From an uncultured Gemmatimonadota bacterium (lineage in GTDB: Bacteria; GCA-2686955; CAYMWF01): a DNA stretch of 64,000 nt. Within the stretch, counting starts at the first letter, position 1, and each line of letters begins with the position of its first letter. Position numbers and translations under genes: made by a program. The stretch spans positions 2,696 to 66,695 of the forward strand of contig CAYMWF010000026.1 in assembly GCA_964394085.1 (NCBI GenBank), written 5' to 3'. The notes below the pieces were generated by a model. That model was not told the origin of the DNA, did no database searches, and saw nothing but the letters and a program-made list of their open reading frames with translations. Below, piece by piece: positions 1 through 10,316 of the stretch.

Positions 1-361
1 CCGTGAGACATTTGAAAACAACTGCTGCAAGGGCTGTTCAAGGTACGAGAAAAAAGCTGAATCAACCCCGGGTGCAAAAGACCAGGACGACGAGAGGTGC
101 AGCTGCACCTGCGACATCACGCTCCAGCTTCACCAGTTCTCGAGCCATACCACCGGTCATAAATATACTCCCCGGTGTCCGACTCAACGCCTTGAATACA
201 ACTGTACCCCGACTGTTGAGCCGCTTCTCGCGCGATGTCGAACACACAATGCCGGGTATGGACTCACCGACCTGCACAGCCGACTCTCCGTCTGGCTGAT
301 TTGAACCTCTCCTTACATCACCCGTCAGAGAAATTTGATCCTTCTCGAAAAGGAGCGTGGT

Positions 362-1768
362 ATGCGATCTGTCGCATGGCTTATGGGAATTGCCCTGTTC
401 CTGAACAGCTGTACACATTACAGCGCAAAACCGATATCACTCGGAAAAATCAAAACCGGAATCGAGCATCGAGAACTTGATGCCGACATTCTGTCACTGG
501 CCTCACAGCGGGTGGAAGATGCGGATATCTTTGCGGGGATAGATTACCACCTGGACCCGGGTGACGGCATTTCCCTCGATGAGGCTTTTGTCATGGGAAT
601 CGTATACAACGCGGAGCTGAAGGCTTTAAGACAAACGATGGAAGAGCGTTCCGGGATGGTCATCTCCGCCTCGGCGATATCGAATCCGAAATGGGAATTG
701 AAAGCTCTCTCGGGGGGAGGCGATTTGCGAGGAGAGAGCAGCATCAGACAGGATGTTCTCTCATTCTTGAACCTGCTGAAACGGCCGGCACGCAAGGAAA
801 TAGCCGTGGCGGAAGTCGATTTGGCAAGACTCCTGGTCACCAGTGCGGAACGGAACCTGTATTTCGACCTGTTCTCCCTTTACGAGCAGTACCTTTACCA
901 CGAGCGATTCGCCGGGCAGCTCCGGGAGTGGATTCGCGAATACACCGAACAGGTCCTTCACCCGGCCGAACAGATGATAAAAACAGGTTACATACCTGTG
1001 AGCGACCTGCTGGAAATTCAAAAATTTCTGGATGAGTTCGAAATGGAATTCACGCGAATCGAGAACAGGAAGCTGGGGATCCGGGAAAAGATCCACGAAA
1101 AGATCGGTTTCCCCCCTTACCTTCTGTTCGAGCTGCAGCATCCGGATGCAGCCGATGCCGAGGTTCCATTTTCCCCGGAGGATTCCAGAGGGCTCGCCGA
1201 CCTGGCAGTGCAAAGACATCCGGATTTGCAGATACTGCTGGCGGAATATCATATCGCTGAGAATGAATACAGGCTTGCGATTCTTGAGCAATATCCCGAT
1301 GTAAACCTTGGTCCGGCGGTAAATCTCGGTTCAATGGATGACTTCTACGGCCTGGCTTTGCACATGATCGTGCCGATTTTTTATCAAAACCAGGGTGAAA
1401 TAAAAACCTCCTTCGCGAGACGGGAGCGTGTTCGGCAAAAGGTGGAAGCACGCCTGATCGAGATGCAGCACGAAATTCAGAACGCCTTGCGACAGATGGA
1501 TTATTGCAGGGGTCAAGTCAATTATATCAATAATTCGGTTCTCCCGAATGAGATGAAACGCCTGCGGGCCGCTATGGTCGAGCAGCGGTACTATCCGGAA
1601 AGGACATTTAAGACAGCGGTGCTATTCAAAAACCGAACAGATTCCTGGCTGCGGATGAAGGATTTCGAGTTGCGAAAAATCGATGAGACTGCAAACCTGC
1701 AGAAGTCGATCGGCGTGCCCCTCATCTCCGCGCTCCATATATTGAGAAACAGGGAAGAGCGATCATGA
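362..1768 (+). CDS. Outer-membrane efflux factor (TolC/NodT-family lipoprotein)
   Basis: ORF-track 335..1768. AAGGAG sits 6 nt before ATG-362. N-terminus MRSVAWLMGIALFLNSC is a signal peptide with a lipobox. About 470 aa, helical and coiled-coil rich, as expected for an OMF. Its stop overlaps the start of the adaptor gene (ATGA at 1765), and it is first in an adaptor + ABC operon. Confidence 0.7.
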   Translation: MRSVAWLMGIALFLNSCTHYSAKPISLGKIKTGIEHRELDADILSLASQRVEDADIFAGIDYHLDPGDGISLDEAFVMGIVYNAELKALRQTMEERSGMVISASAISNPKWELKALSGGGDLRGESSIRQDVLSFLNLLKRPARKEIAVAEVDLARLLVTSAERNLYFDLFSLYEQYLYHERFAGQLREWIREYTEQVLHPAEQMIKTGYIPVSDLLEIQKFLDEFEMEFTRIENRKLGIREKIHEKIGFPPYLLFELQHPDAADAEVPFSPEDSRGLADLAVQRHPDLQILLAEYHIAENEYRLAILEQYPDVNLGPAVNLGSMDDFYGLALHMIVPIFYQNQGEIKTSFARRERVRQKVEARLIEMQHEIQNALRQMDYCRGQVNYINNSVLPNEMKRLRAAMVEQRYYPERTFKTAVLFKNRTDSWLRMKDFELRKIDETANLQKSIGVPLISALHILRNREERS

Positions 1769-2952
1769 ATAATAAGAATCTTCAGAGTCTCACACTCGAC
1801 GATTCACACTATGCCGGCCCCAGGCGAATTCGTGTCAAAACCATACTGGCGGCTGTAATTGGCGTTCTGCTGATTCTGTGCTCGGCGTATGCGCTGTGGC
1901 AGAAGTACAGGCCCCGGCCGAGGGTCACCGTAGAGCAGGTTCTGACAAAGTCCGGAAAAGTTATCATCGAGGGTGCATCCTTCGAAGCAGCCGGCTGGAT
2001 CGAGCCTGATCCCTTCCCGGTAATCGTCTCCTCCCAGGTACCGGGGTGGATAACCAAACTCCATGCGATCGAAGGAGATAAGGTAAGAGAGGGTGATCTG
2101 CTGATCGAACTCTACGACGAAGATTACCTTCTCGCGCATGATCAATGGGTATCAAAAAGAGTATCCCTGCTGGCGGATCTCGAATATCAGCAGGTGCAGG
2201 TCGGAATCGAAACCGAGCTGTTCGCAGCCGAGGCGCTCGATTCACTCGCCCTTGCTGGGACGAGGGCGCGGAAACGGGGCACCGAAGCAGAATTGAAGGA
2301 GATCGATCTGCAGATAGAGCTGGCTCGCCGGAACCTGGAGCGCTGCAGGATATCCGCCCCGATCGATGGGGTGGTGCTGCGCCGTCATGTCATAGAGGGA
2401 CAGTATGTTGGAGATAGGGAGGAGAGTGCCCTGCTCACGCTCTACAATCCCGAAAAGGTGCAGGTTCGGGTTGATGTCAATCTGGTCGACGTGCCGAAGC
2501 TGCACCTTGGGAAGGCGTGTGAAGTGCGGCTGGAATCGGCACCCGGAGCTGTATATCCGGGAAAAATCGCAACAATCCTGCACGAGGCCGACAACCAGAA
2601 GAATACCGTGCAGGTCAAGGTGCAGATGATTGAGACATCAGACCTGGTGAAACCCGAGATGCTTGCAAGGGTGAAGTTTCTCTCCGAGCGGAAAGTTCTC
2701 GATCAGGGAACGGATTCTTACCTGCTGTATGTTCCCGGGGATGCTGTTCATGAAGATGGGGGCGCATACCACGTGTTCGCGCTGCGAAACAGGAACGGCC
2801 GGCAGATTGCGGAGAAGGTCGCGGTAACCATGGGGAAAGCGCGGGATGGAGATTGGATCGAGGTGAGAAACGGACTGGATCCCTCCAGCAAGGTAATCAC
2901 GGGCTCTACCCATCAGCTGCATGACGGTGGAATCGTCGATGCCGGAAAATAG
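1765..2952 (+). CDS. HlyD-family periplasmic adaptor (membrane fusion protein)
   Basis: 395 aa with one N-terminal TM helix (ILAAVIGVLLILCSAYALW), lipoyl-like and coiled-coil segments, then a beta-barrel C-terminus. ATGA overlap with the upstream OMF gene. Immediately precedes the ABC ATPase. Confidence 0.75.
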   Translation: MNNKNLQSLTLDDSHYAGPRRIRVKTILAAVIGVLLILCSAYALWQKYRPRPRVTVEQVLTKSGKVIIEGASFEAAGWIEPDPFPVIVSSQVPGWITKLHAIEGDKVREGDLLIELYDEDYLLAHDQWVSKRVSLLADLEYQQVQVGIETELFAAEALDSLALAGTRARKRGTEAELKEIDLQIELARRNLERCRISAPIDGVVLRRHVIEGQYVGDREESALLTLYNPEKVQVRVDVNLVDVPKLHLGKACEVRLESAPGAVYPGKIATILHEADNQKNTVQVKVQMIETSDLVKPEMLARVKFLSERKVLDQGTDSYLLYVPGDAVHEDGGAYHVFALRNRNGRQIAEKVAVTMGKARDGDWIEVRNGLDPSSKVITGSTHQLHDGGIVDAGK

Positions 2953-2966
2953 ACAAGGAAGATTGC

Positions 2967-3668
2967 ATGTCACTTATCGAAATCGACAACGTATCCAAAG
3001 TCTTCAAAAAAGGCAAACTGGAGGTAAAACCCCTTCAATCGGTTTCCATGATAGTGGAAGCGGGCGAATTTGTCGCCTTGATGGGCCCCTCCGGCAGCGG
3101 CAAGACTACGCTTCTGAACCTGATCGCAGGGCTGGATAAACCCACCGAGGGCAGGATCGTGATCGCCGGACAGGAGATCGGCGCCATGGGGGAGTATAAG
3201 CTGGCCAGGTGGCGCACCAGGACTATCGGTTACATTTTTCAACTCTACAACCTGATCCCCGTACTCACCGCCTACGAGAATGTTGAACTGCCGCTTACAC
3301 TGCTGCGCCTTTCCGGTGCTGAAAGGCGTGCACGCACCATGGTGGCATTGGAAGCAGTGGGATTGTCAGACCGTCTCGACCATTATCCCCGGCAACTTTC
3401 CGGCGGGCAGGAACAGCGTGTGGCTATTGCCAGGGCTATCGTGACCGATCCGAAAATCCTGGTCGCCGACGAGCCCACCGGCGATCTGGATCGCGACAGT
3501 GCCGAAGAAATATTAGACCTCATGCACCAGCTGCACGAGGAATTCAAGAAGACCTTTATCATGGTAACACATGACCACAAAGCAGCTGAACAGGCGGAGC
3601 GTCTCGTGCACCTTGAAAAAGGTTTCCTCGATGAAGTGCGTAACAGCGTACCAGGAATAAAGGAGTGA
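2967..3668 (+). CDS. ABC transporter ATP-binding protein, MacB/LolD type
   Basis: Walker A GPSGSGKTT, Q-loop, ABC signature LSGGQEQRVAIARAI, Walker B ILVADEPTGDLD and H-loop VTHD are all read directly. Confidence 0.9.
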   Translation: MSLIEIDNVSKVFKKGKLEVKPLQSVSMIVEAGEFVALMGPSGSGKTTLLNLIAGLDKPTEGRIVIAGQEIGAMGEYKLARWRTRTIGYIFQLYNLIPVLTAYENVELPLTLLRLSGAERRARTMVALEAVGLSDRLDHYPRQLSGGQEQRVAIARAIVTDPKILVADEPTGDLDRDSAEEILDLMHQLHEEFKKTFIMVTHDHKAAEQAERLVHLEKGFLDEVRNSVPGIKE

Positions 3669-3672
3669 AGGT

Positions 3673-4812
3673 TTGAAATTACTCCACTATATCATGCGTA
3701 ATATTTTCAGGAACAGGTTGCGCTCCTCGCTGACGGTTTTTGGAGTAGCCACCTCTCTGTTTCTGTTCTCGTTCATTCTGAACATCAACTCCGGAATTCG
3801 TACGATGGTGGAAAAATCCGCTGATGAACAGACGCTGGTCGTGTTTCAAAAAAATCGGTACTGACCATCGAAAAGCACGATACCGGACCGGTATCTTTCC
3901 GCTATGAAAGGAATGCCGCACGTTCGCCAGGTAATGCCCACCCTCATCAAGATGAACAGCTGCGCGACCAACCTGGATCTCGTAAACATTCACGGTGTCG
4001 ATTCAGATGTCCTGCTGGACTTTCGCCGGATAGACGTCATCGAGGGGAGTTACGAGGCCTTTGCGGGCGAACCCGGGGCCGCCCTGATCGGCCGTGAGCT
4101 GGCGATGCGCAGGGGCTACCGGGTGGGTGATTCAGCCGATATAAACGGGATCACCTTCAACATCCGCGCTATCTTCTCGGACGGTGGAACCACCTACGAA
4201 TCCCTGGCGATTGTTCATCTTCATTTCCTGCAACAGGCGTTAGAAATAGGAATAGGCAGCTATTCCACCCAGATATACGTAAAAGTCGACGACCCGGGCA
4301 ACGCTGAAACCGTGGCCGCCCGGATCGATGACTACTTTTCGACCGATGCGTTTCCGACCGATACCAAACCGGAAGCCGCCTTTCTTTCAAATGCCATGAG
4401 GGAGTTCGAAGAAGTGATCGATTTCAGCCGGCTGCTCGGCTACATCACCGTTGGAATCATCCTGCTGTTGATAGGCAACACGATTTACATGTCCACGCAG
4501 GACCGCATCAAGGAAACAGCAGTGCTGCGCACGCTGGGATTCACGCCTGCCCGCGTGATTTCGCTTATCGTGTATGAAAGCCTGGTTCTCAGCGTGATCG
4601 GCGGTTTTCTGGGAGCCCTGAGTTGTTATCTGGTGATCGCTATGGGCGGGTTCAACATTAGTATCGAAGGGTATCAAATAGCCTTTTCGCCCAGCACCGA
4701 AGTGTTGGTTTCCGCACTGGTTACCGCTGCCGCCGTCGGCCTCTTCGGAGGTTTGCTTCCGGCAATCGATGCGTCGATGCAGAATATTGTTGAAGGATTG
4801 AGGAAAGTGTAG
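3673..4812 (+). pseudogene. FtsX-like ABC permease interrupted by an in-frame TGA (3862-3864)
   Basis: ORFs 3673..3864 and 3904..4812 are in the same frame (both are 1 mod 3) and are separated only by TGA plus 13 sense codons. The N-terminal piece has the typical TM1 (LTVFGVATSLFLFSFIL). The C-terminal piece has the FtsX 3-TM bundle. The 3-prime end overlaps the next permease by 4 nt. Confidence 0.6.
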
Positions 4813-4814
4813 AA

Positions 4815-5978
4815 ATGCTTGGATTCATTCCCCTCAGATACAACATCCGCAACCTCGGTCAGCGTCGTCTGCGGACCGGATTGACCGTTATCGGCATCGC
4901 ACTGGCCGTGTTCGTCTGTATTCTGATGTACGCCTTCTCCGAAGGAATGGAAAACAGTCTTCGGCAAAGCAGTTACAGCGAAAATGCCGTCATACTCAAC
5001 GCCAATGCGCAGCATGATCTGACGCGGTCACGAATCGACAAGGCGGTCGCCGATATCGTGGCCGCCAGTATCGGCGGAGTGAAGGAGATACAGGGACAGC
5101 GCCTGGTCTCGCCCGAGGTGCATCTCGGCACCAACGTCAGCCTTGACGGCACCGAGGGAGTCCATCTCGGCATTGTAAGAGGAGTCAAGCCGATCGCGTT
5201 CAGGGTGCACCCCCAGGTCGAGATAATCGACGGCACAGAGTTCGCCCAGGGACGCAAGGTCATTGTCGGCAGGCTGGTCGCCACCAAGCTCGGTATCCCG
5301 GACGAAGATCTGTACATCGGCCGGAAAATCGTTTTCGAGGAGGATGAATGGGAAATCAGCGGAATCTTTCAAGCGCCCGGAACCGTGTTCGAGTCCGAAA
5401 TCTGGTGCGATGCGGATGATCTGATTATTTCAACCAAGAGGGAAGAGTATTCAGCCATTTCACTGACCTTGAACGGAATGGAAACCTTCGACGACGTGGA
5501 TTATTTCTGCCGGTCCCGCCTGAATATGGAGATCAGGGCGTGGAAGGAAATTTCTTTCTACGGCAAAGTGGCGGAAACATTTAGACCGATCACGCTGCTC
5601 GTGCGAATCATGGTGGTAATGGTCGCACTCGGCGGGATCATAACCGGAAGCAATACGATGTACACCGCGGTGCTGGGGCGTTTTCGAGAGTTCGGCATGC
5701 TCAGGACACTCGGTTTCGGACGATTCAGCATTTTGATCGGGTTATTCCTCGAGTCGATCCTCTTAGCTGGAATGGGGGGAATTCTGGGTGCAGCCGCTGC
5801 CCGGTTCGCCAACGGAATTTCACTGCGATACCCGATGGGCGCTTTTTCCTTCACCATCGATTTCGAAGTTCTGGTTTACGGATTCTGCCTTGCCTTGATC
5901 ATCGGCGTATTCGGTGCCGTCGTGCCTGGTTTGAGAGGTCTGAGGATGAAACTCATTGATAGTATTCGCGCCCTGTAA
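4815..5978 (+). CDS. FtsX-like ABC permease (second permease of efflux operon)
   Basis: 387 aa. N-terminal TM (LTVIGIALAVFVCILMYAF), a large periplasmic domain, then a 3-TM FtsX C-terminal domain. Operon context. Confidence 0.8.
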   Translation: MLGFIPLRYNIRNLGQRRLRTGLTVIGIALAVFVCILMYAFSEGMENSLRQSSYSENAVILNANAQHDLTRSRIDKAVADIVAASIGGVKEIQGQRLVSPEVHLGTNVSLDGTEGVHLGIVRGVKPIAFRVHPQVEIIDGTEFAQGRKVIVGRLVATKLGIPDEDLYIGRKIVFEEDEWEISGIFQAPGTVFESEIWCDADDLIISTKREEYSAISLTLNGMETFDDVDYFCRSRLNMEIRAWKEISFYGKVAETFRPITLLVRIMVVMVALGGIITGSNTMYTAVLGRFREFGMLRTLGFGRFSILIGLFLESILLAGMGGILGAAAARFANGISLRYPMGAFSFTIDFEVLVYGFCLALIIGVFGAVVPGLRGLRMKLIDSIRAL

Positions 5979-6109
5979 CATCATTGTCATCGGTCGACCC
6001 ATTCGGACACATAGGAATCATCCGGGCGACCCGAAATGTAAGTAGAGCTCCCCGCCCACGGGCCGGGGCATTCTTCGCGATTCTCGAAAATGGAAAGGAA
6101 AGAGTTATA

Positions 6110-6676
6110 ATGAAACAAATTCCGAGGATATTTCTATCGACTCTGCTCGTTATCTGCATAAACGGCTGTGGTGGAGATGAAACCGGCGATCAGCAGGCGA
6201 AGCCCGTTTCTCACTCCCCGGGCGCAAACCTCATCGCCGATATGATACTCACTGAGAGACCGGAAGGAGCGGTTCCTCTGCGCGAGGCGCTGGAAGCGGA
6301 AAAGTACGGCCGGGAAATCATCGTGTCAGGGAAAATCGGTGAAATCACTCCGCGATACGCGGCGTTCCGCATGTATGATTCATCTCTGCAGGATTGCAAC
6401 CGGGAGGAGGATCCATGCAGGACGCCCTGGGATTACTGCTGCGAACCGCTGGACAGAATCGAGGCGGGATCGGTCTTCGTCGAATTCAAGAATCAACAGG
6501 GGAAGGTGATAAAGGCGGATATATCCAACTACCAGGATATCTTCCACCTGGCGAAGGTCGATGTGAAAGGCGAACTGAGAAAAGACAAAACCGGTAATGT
6601 AATGCTCAGCGCCACCGGGATTCATGTTACTGAGAAAACTCCGCTGGACATCGCCCATTATGAACGGAAAGACTAG
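6110..6676 (+). CDS. Hypothetical lipoprotein
   Basis: GGAAAGGAAAGAG RBS before ATG-6110 (M43 of ORF 5984..6676). N-terminus MKQIPRIFLSTLLVICINGC is a lipoprotein signal. No recognisable catalytic motif. Confidence 0.5.
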   Translation: MKQIPRIFLSTLLVICINGCGGDETGDQQAKPVSHSPGANLIADMILTERPEGAVPLREALEAEKYGREIIVSGKIGEITPRYAAFRMYDSSLQDCNREEDPCRTPWDYCCEPLDRIEAGSVFVEFKNQQGKVIKADISNYQDIFHLAKVDVKGELRKDKTGNVMLSATGIHVTEKTPLDIAHYERKD

Positions 6677-6754
6677 CGCTCTGCCAGGCCTTAAATGATG
6701 CCTGACATGACACTAGAAGAGATTCGTGTCGAAAAATCCATAGTGACAATTTAA

Positions 6755-6960
6755 ATTTGTCACATTCGTAATGTAAAACGAAAACTCGAAAAAGAGCTGA
6801 AAAGAACCTCGGAGTTTTTTCCGGCGGTCATCCTCTGCGATCCGCGCCGTTCGGAAAAAACAACGCTTCTCCGGTATCTCTATCCCGGAGCAGACCATGT
6901 TCTGCGGGAGGGTTCCGAACGGATTGCGCGGGTCGAGGCCGACAGGGTTATTCTTCATCC
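6755..6960 (+). pseudogene. Decayed N-terminal remnant of an AAA-ATPase (DUF4143-type)
   Basis: Frame +2 reads ...KLEKELKRTSEFFPAVILCDPRRSEKTTLLRYLYP.... This is a Walker-A-like block (GPRxxGKTTLL in intact homologues) with G-to-D and G-to-E substitutions. There is no start codon and the ORF dies after about 70 codons. Confidence 0.35.
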
Positions 6961-7019
6961 ATACTATCTATTAGTGCTTAAACATCCTGTAGTCCTGCCA
7001 TTCAGCACAGCGGATAATA

Positions 7020-7238
7020 ATGAAGAAACTGTTCGCTCAGTCAATCGTCCTGATCTGGTTGGCCGGCTGCGTATCCGAACCGGTCATCGACTTTGAGGTG
7101 AATCTTTCGATGGCTGCGAACCGGTGCGTGAGTATGAACAGCATCAGCTTGAAATACAATTACTGGCGAACGGACGCAAACCTGGAATGGATCGACATCG
7201 GACATCGACGGCGATTACTGACTTTTTACTCGCTTTAA
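7020..7238 (+). CDS. Possible small lipoprotein (72 aa)
   Basis: N-terminus MKKLFAQSIVLIWLAGC is signal-peptide plus lipobox-like. It is short, GC-poor and has no RBS. Weak. Confidence 0.25.
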   Translation: MKKLFAQSIVLIWLAGCVSEPVIDFEVNLSMAANRCVSMNSISLKYNYWRTDANLEWIDIGHRRRLLTFYSL

Positions 7239-7439
7239 CGCACAATCAACAACTATCTGTAACATCCGTTTGCCCGCAGCCCGGTTTCGGAGTAAACTTA
7301 CAGGGGCGAACGGAGCCGGATGAGCCGGAACCGGCACGGGAACCGGCTTGCTCTGTTGCGGGCGCCGCTCCGTTGCGACAGTATCGCCGTGAAGCTTGCG
7401 GTAAGATCCGGTGAGGTTTTCGAGAGTGGAGGTTCGAGA

Positions 7440-10022
7440 ATGGGACAAACGGCACCAGGCGCCGGCACTGCCGGAACAAGAAAAAAAACAGGGGCGGTCG
7501 CCCTGAACCTCAGGACCGCGGTGACGGTCGTAGCCCTCCTGCTGATGCTTTTCGCACCGGAAGTCGCCTCGGCTGATCGAGGTTCCGGAACCCTCAACGC
7601 GCCGATGGAAGTGCGAACCCGGGACGGGAGCTCGACGGTCATCCTCGACAACGGACTCTACACCCTCGAATACCGCACCTCCGGCGGCAGCTTCGACGTG
7701 ACGCTGCCGGGCGGCGAATACCTGCTCAGGCGCTGCTACGGCAGGGCCGAATACGACCGCGGGCTCATCCCCTGGAAGGTTTCGACCCTCGATTACTGGT
7801 TCGCCGATTACCGGCTCGAACAGTTCAGCGACGCGATCGGCTCGGGAACGGAGCTGACCGTCGACTACACGGGGCTGCTGTTGAAACCGGATCTGACGCA
7901 CAGCATCCGGGTCTACGACGGCGAGCCTTTTTTCACCGCGACCCTCACCCTGAACAACACAACGGCGGCGAGGCTCGATATTACCGCCCTGTCGCCGGCC
8001 TGCGCCCTGGGCAAGGCGGGCGGCGGCCTCTACGTAGGCGCTGAGCCCGTCACGCACAACGTCCTCGACAACGGCTCGTTCCGGTATGCCGACATGCTGG
8101 CCCGCATCACCTCCGGCGCCCATGTCAACTGCGCCAACTGGAACGCGGCCCACTACTGCCACGAAACCGGGAGGAGCCTCGTATCCGGCTTCCTCAGCTT
8201 CGAGCGGTCCGTGCCGACGATCACGACCAGGTTCACATCCCTCTTCGCGCTGCCCGATCCCGTGACCGGATACCTCCCCTTCACCTTCTTCGCCGCCACC
8301 TCCGGCTGCCTCCAGGGAAAACCGATCGAGCCCGGCGCCGTCCTCGTGTCGGAGCGCTTCTACGCCGACGCCGCCCTCGACGAACCGGTCCTCGACCGCC
8401 TCGAGGATTACGCCGCCAGGATGGCCCTCTTCACCGGCAGCCGCCTGTGGCCGGGCGAGGTGCCGGTGGGATGGAACTCCTGGGGCCCCGACGCCTACGG
8501 CAAGGATATCAACGAGGAACTCATGCTCGAAAATCTCGCCTTCGTGGTCGACAACCTCCGCGACTGGGGCTGGAACTATTTCCAGCTCGACGACGGCTGG
8601 CAGATCGACACCGGCACCTGGGAGGCCGACGATGGCTTTTCACACGGCATGGGCTGGATGGCCGACCGGATATGGGAAGCCGGCCTGATCCCGGGCCTCT
8701 GGATCAACCCGCTCAACGTCACCGAAACGTCCGAAGTCTACCTGGAGCACCCCGACTGGCTCCTCGACAAGACCTTTATCGGCAGCCTCGTGATCGACAG
8801 GGACTGGAGGCAGCTCGACGGCTCGAACCCGGAAGTGCAGGAGTGGCTCCGCGACACCATGGACCGGATCGCCCACGAATGGGGCTACGGCTACATCAAG
8901 ATCGACTTCTCCTACTGGACCCTGTTCTGCGAAAGCTTCTACGACGAGACCCTGACGCCGGAGGAGGTTTTCCGCCTCGCCTTCACCTCCATGCGCGAGG
9001 GAATGGGGGATGAAACCTTCATGAAGGCGATAGTGCCGGCCGGGCTCTGCGCCGGTATCTACGACGGCGTCAGGATCTCCATGGATAACGAGCCGATCTG
9101 GGAGGTCGAGGGAGGCGGCGGCTCCTGGGGCGAGCAGTCGATCAAGGCGATATACCGCACCGACGTGCGGCGCTACTATTTCGAGGGGAACCATCGCATC
9201 AACCATCCCGACGCCATCTTCTTCCGCGACCCCCTGACCGCCTGGGAGGCCCGGACCTGGACCACCGCGGTCGGCCTGATGGGGAGCATCGTCAGCGTCG
9301 GCGACAGGCTCGTCGAACTTACCGAGGATGCCGTCAACGTCATCCGCACCATTATACCGGTCTATCTCGAGGATACCGGTCAGCCGCTCGACCTGTTCGA
9401 ACTGGAATACCCGGAGCTCTGGCATCTCCACGTGCCGCACTCTTCCGGCGACTGGGATATCGTCGGCCTCTTCAACTGGGGCTCCAACAGAGACCTCGTC
9501 AGCAAAACCAACATTCCCGAAATGACGCGCGGAAAGGTACTCGACTTCGAGCGGCTCGGGCTCGACAGCGACGCCGACTACATCCTCTACGACTTCTGGA
9601 ACTCCGAACTCGTCGGGGTCGAGAGCGGCGCTGAACCGATCGTCTTCGAAGTCGAACCCAGGACCGTGAAGCTCCTCGCCATTCACCGGCTCCGGGGCGT
9701 GCCGCAGTTCATCTCGACGTCGCGGCACTACACCCAGGGAGCGATCAGCCTCGTCAGCTCCACCTGGTCGCCCCTCGAAAAAACCCTCGCCGGAGTGCAG
9801 CTCGGCGTAGAAAACGGCAGATTCACCACCTCCATCTACGTGCCGCCCGGGTATTCTTTCGAGGGATGGGAGCTCGAGGGCGCCGTCGACGGCGAATACA
9901 CTCTCGAAAACGGCCTCCTCACAATCGCCTTCACCGGCCTCGAAACGGGAGGCGAGGTCCGCTGGACCCTCGACTTCGACCTGAAAACGATTCAGGACCT
10001 GCAGCTCGCTCCCAGTTCCTGA
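7440..10022 (+). CDS. Secreted glycoside hydrolase, clan GH-D (alpha-galactosidase-like, GH36/GH27 fold)
   Basis: Start taken at ATG-7440 (MGQTAPG...), which is followed by a signal peptide (AVTVVALLLMLFAPEVASA). TIM-barrel motifs GWNSWGPDAYG and NYFQLDDGWQ match the alpha-galactosidase family. Long C-terminal beta-sandwich. The 900-codon ORF from 7320 includes an unlikely 40-aa leader. Confidence 0.6.
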   Translation: MGQTAPGAGTAGTRKKTGAVALNLRTAVTVVALLLMLFAPEVASADRGSGTLNAPMEVRTRDGSSTVILDNGLYTLEYRTSGGSFDVTLPGGEYLLRRCYGRAEYDRGLIPWKVSTLDYWFADYRLEQFSDAIGSGTELTVDYTGLLLKPDLTHSIRVYDGEPFFTATLTLNNTTAARLDITALSPACALGKAGGGLYVGAEPVTHNVLDNGSFRYADMLARITSGAHVNCANWNAAHYCHETGRSLVSGFLSFERSVPTITTRFTSLFALPDPVTGYLPFTFFAATSGCLQGKPIEPGAVLVSERFYADAALDEPVLDRLEDYAARMALFTGSRLWPGEVPVGWNSWGPDAYGKDINEELMLENLAFVVDNLRDWGWNYFQLDDGWQIDTGTWEADDGFSHGMGWMADRIWEAGLIPGLWINPLNVTETSEVYLEHPDWLLDKTFIGSLVIDRDWRQLDGSNPEVQEWLRDTMDRIAHEWGYGYIKIDFSYWTLFCESFYDETLTPEEVFRLAFTSMREGMGDETFMKAIVPAGLCAGIYDGVRISMDNEPIWEVEGGGGSWGEQSIKAIYRTDVRRYYFEGNHRINHPDAIFFRDPLTAWEARTWTTAVGLMGSIVSVGDRLVELTEDAVNVIRTIIPVYLEDTGQPLDLFELEYPELWHLHVPHSSGDWDIVGLFNWGSNRDLVSKTNIPEMTRGKVLDFERLGLDSDADYILYDFWNSELVGVESGAEPIVFEVEPRTVKLLAIHRLRGVPQFISTSRHYTQGAISLVSSTWSPLEKTLAGVQLGVENGRFTTSIYVPPGYSFEGWELEGAVDGEYTLENGLLTIAFTGLETGGEVRWTLDFDLKTIQDLQLAPSS

Positions 10023-10316
10023 AACGCCGCTTCCGCCGCCGGAACCAACTCGCCCGACGCCGGGGAACCAGCCCCTCGGTACCGGAACCGGCTCTCACGG
10101 CCCAAAATCCGATCCGCCCGGCCAAAAAATCCGATCCGCCCGGCACCGATCCCCGGCTCTCACGTCCAGAGGGGCAGACTGTCAAGGTGCCGACCTTCTC
10201 TCACGTCCAAAACCGCTCCGTCCTCCGTTCGGTATCCACTCCGATCCTCTCCAGGCCGCTGACCGAGCAGGAGCCGCCGCAGCACCCCCCGAATACCGTG
10301 TCGATATGACTCGATT

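Noticed and set aside
7215-9728. Long minus-strand ORFs (7215..8162, 8640..9728) antisense to the alpha-galactosidase-like gene
   Set aside because: These are typical high-GC shadow ORFs. They are Arg/Pro/Gly-rich with no motifs and are fully overlapped by a plus-strand gene that has clear family signatures.
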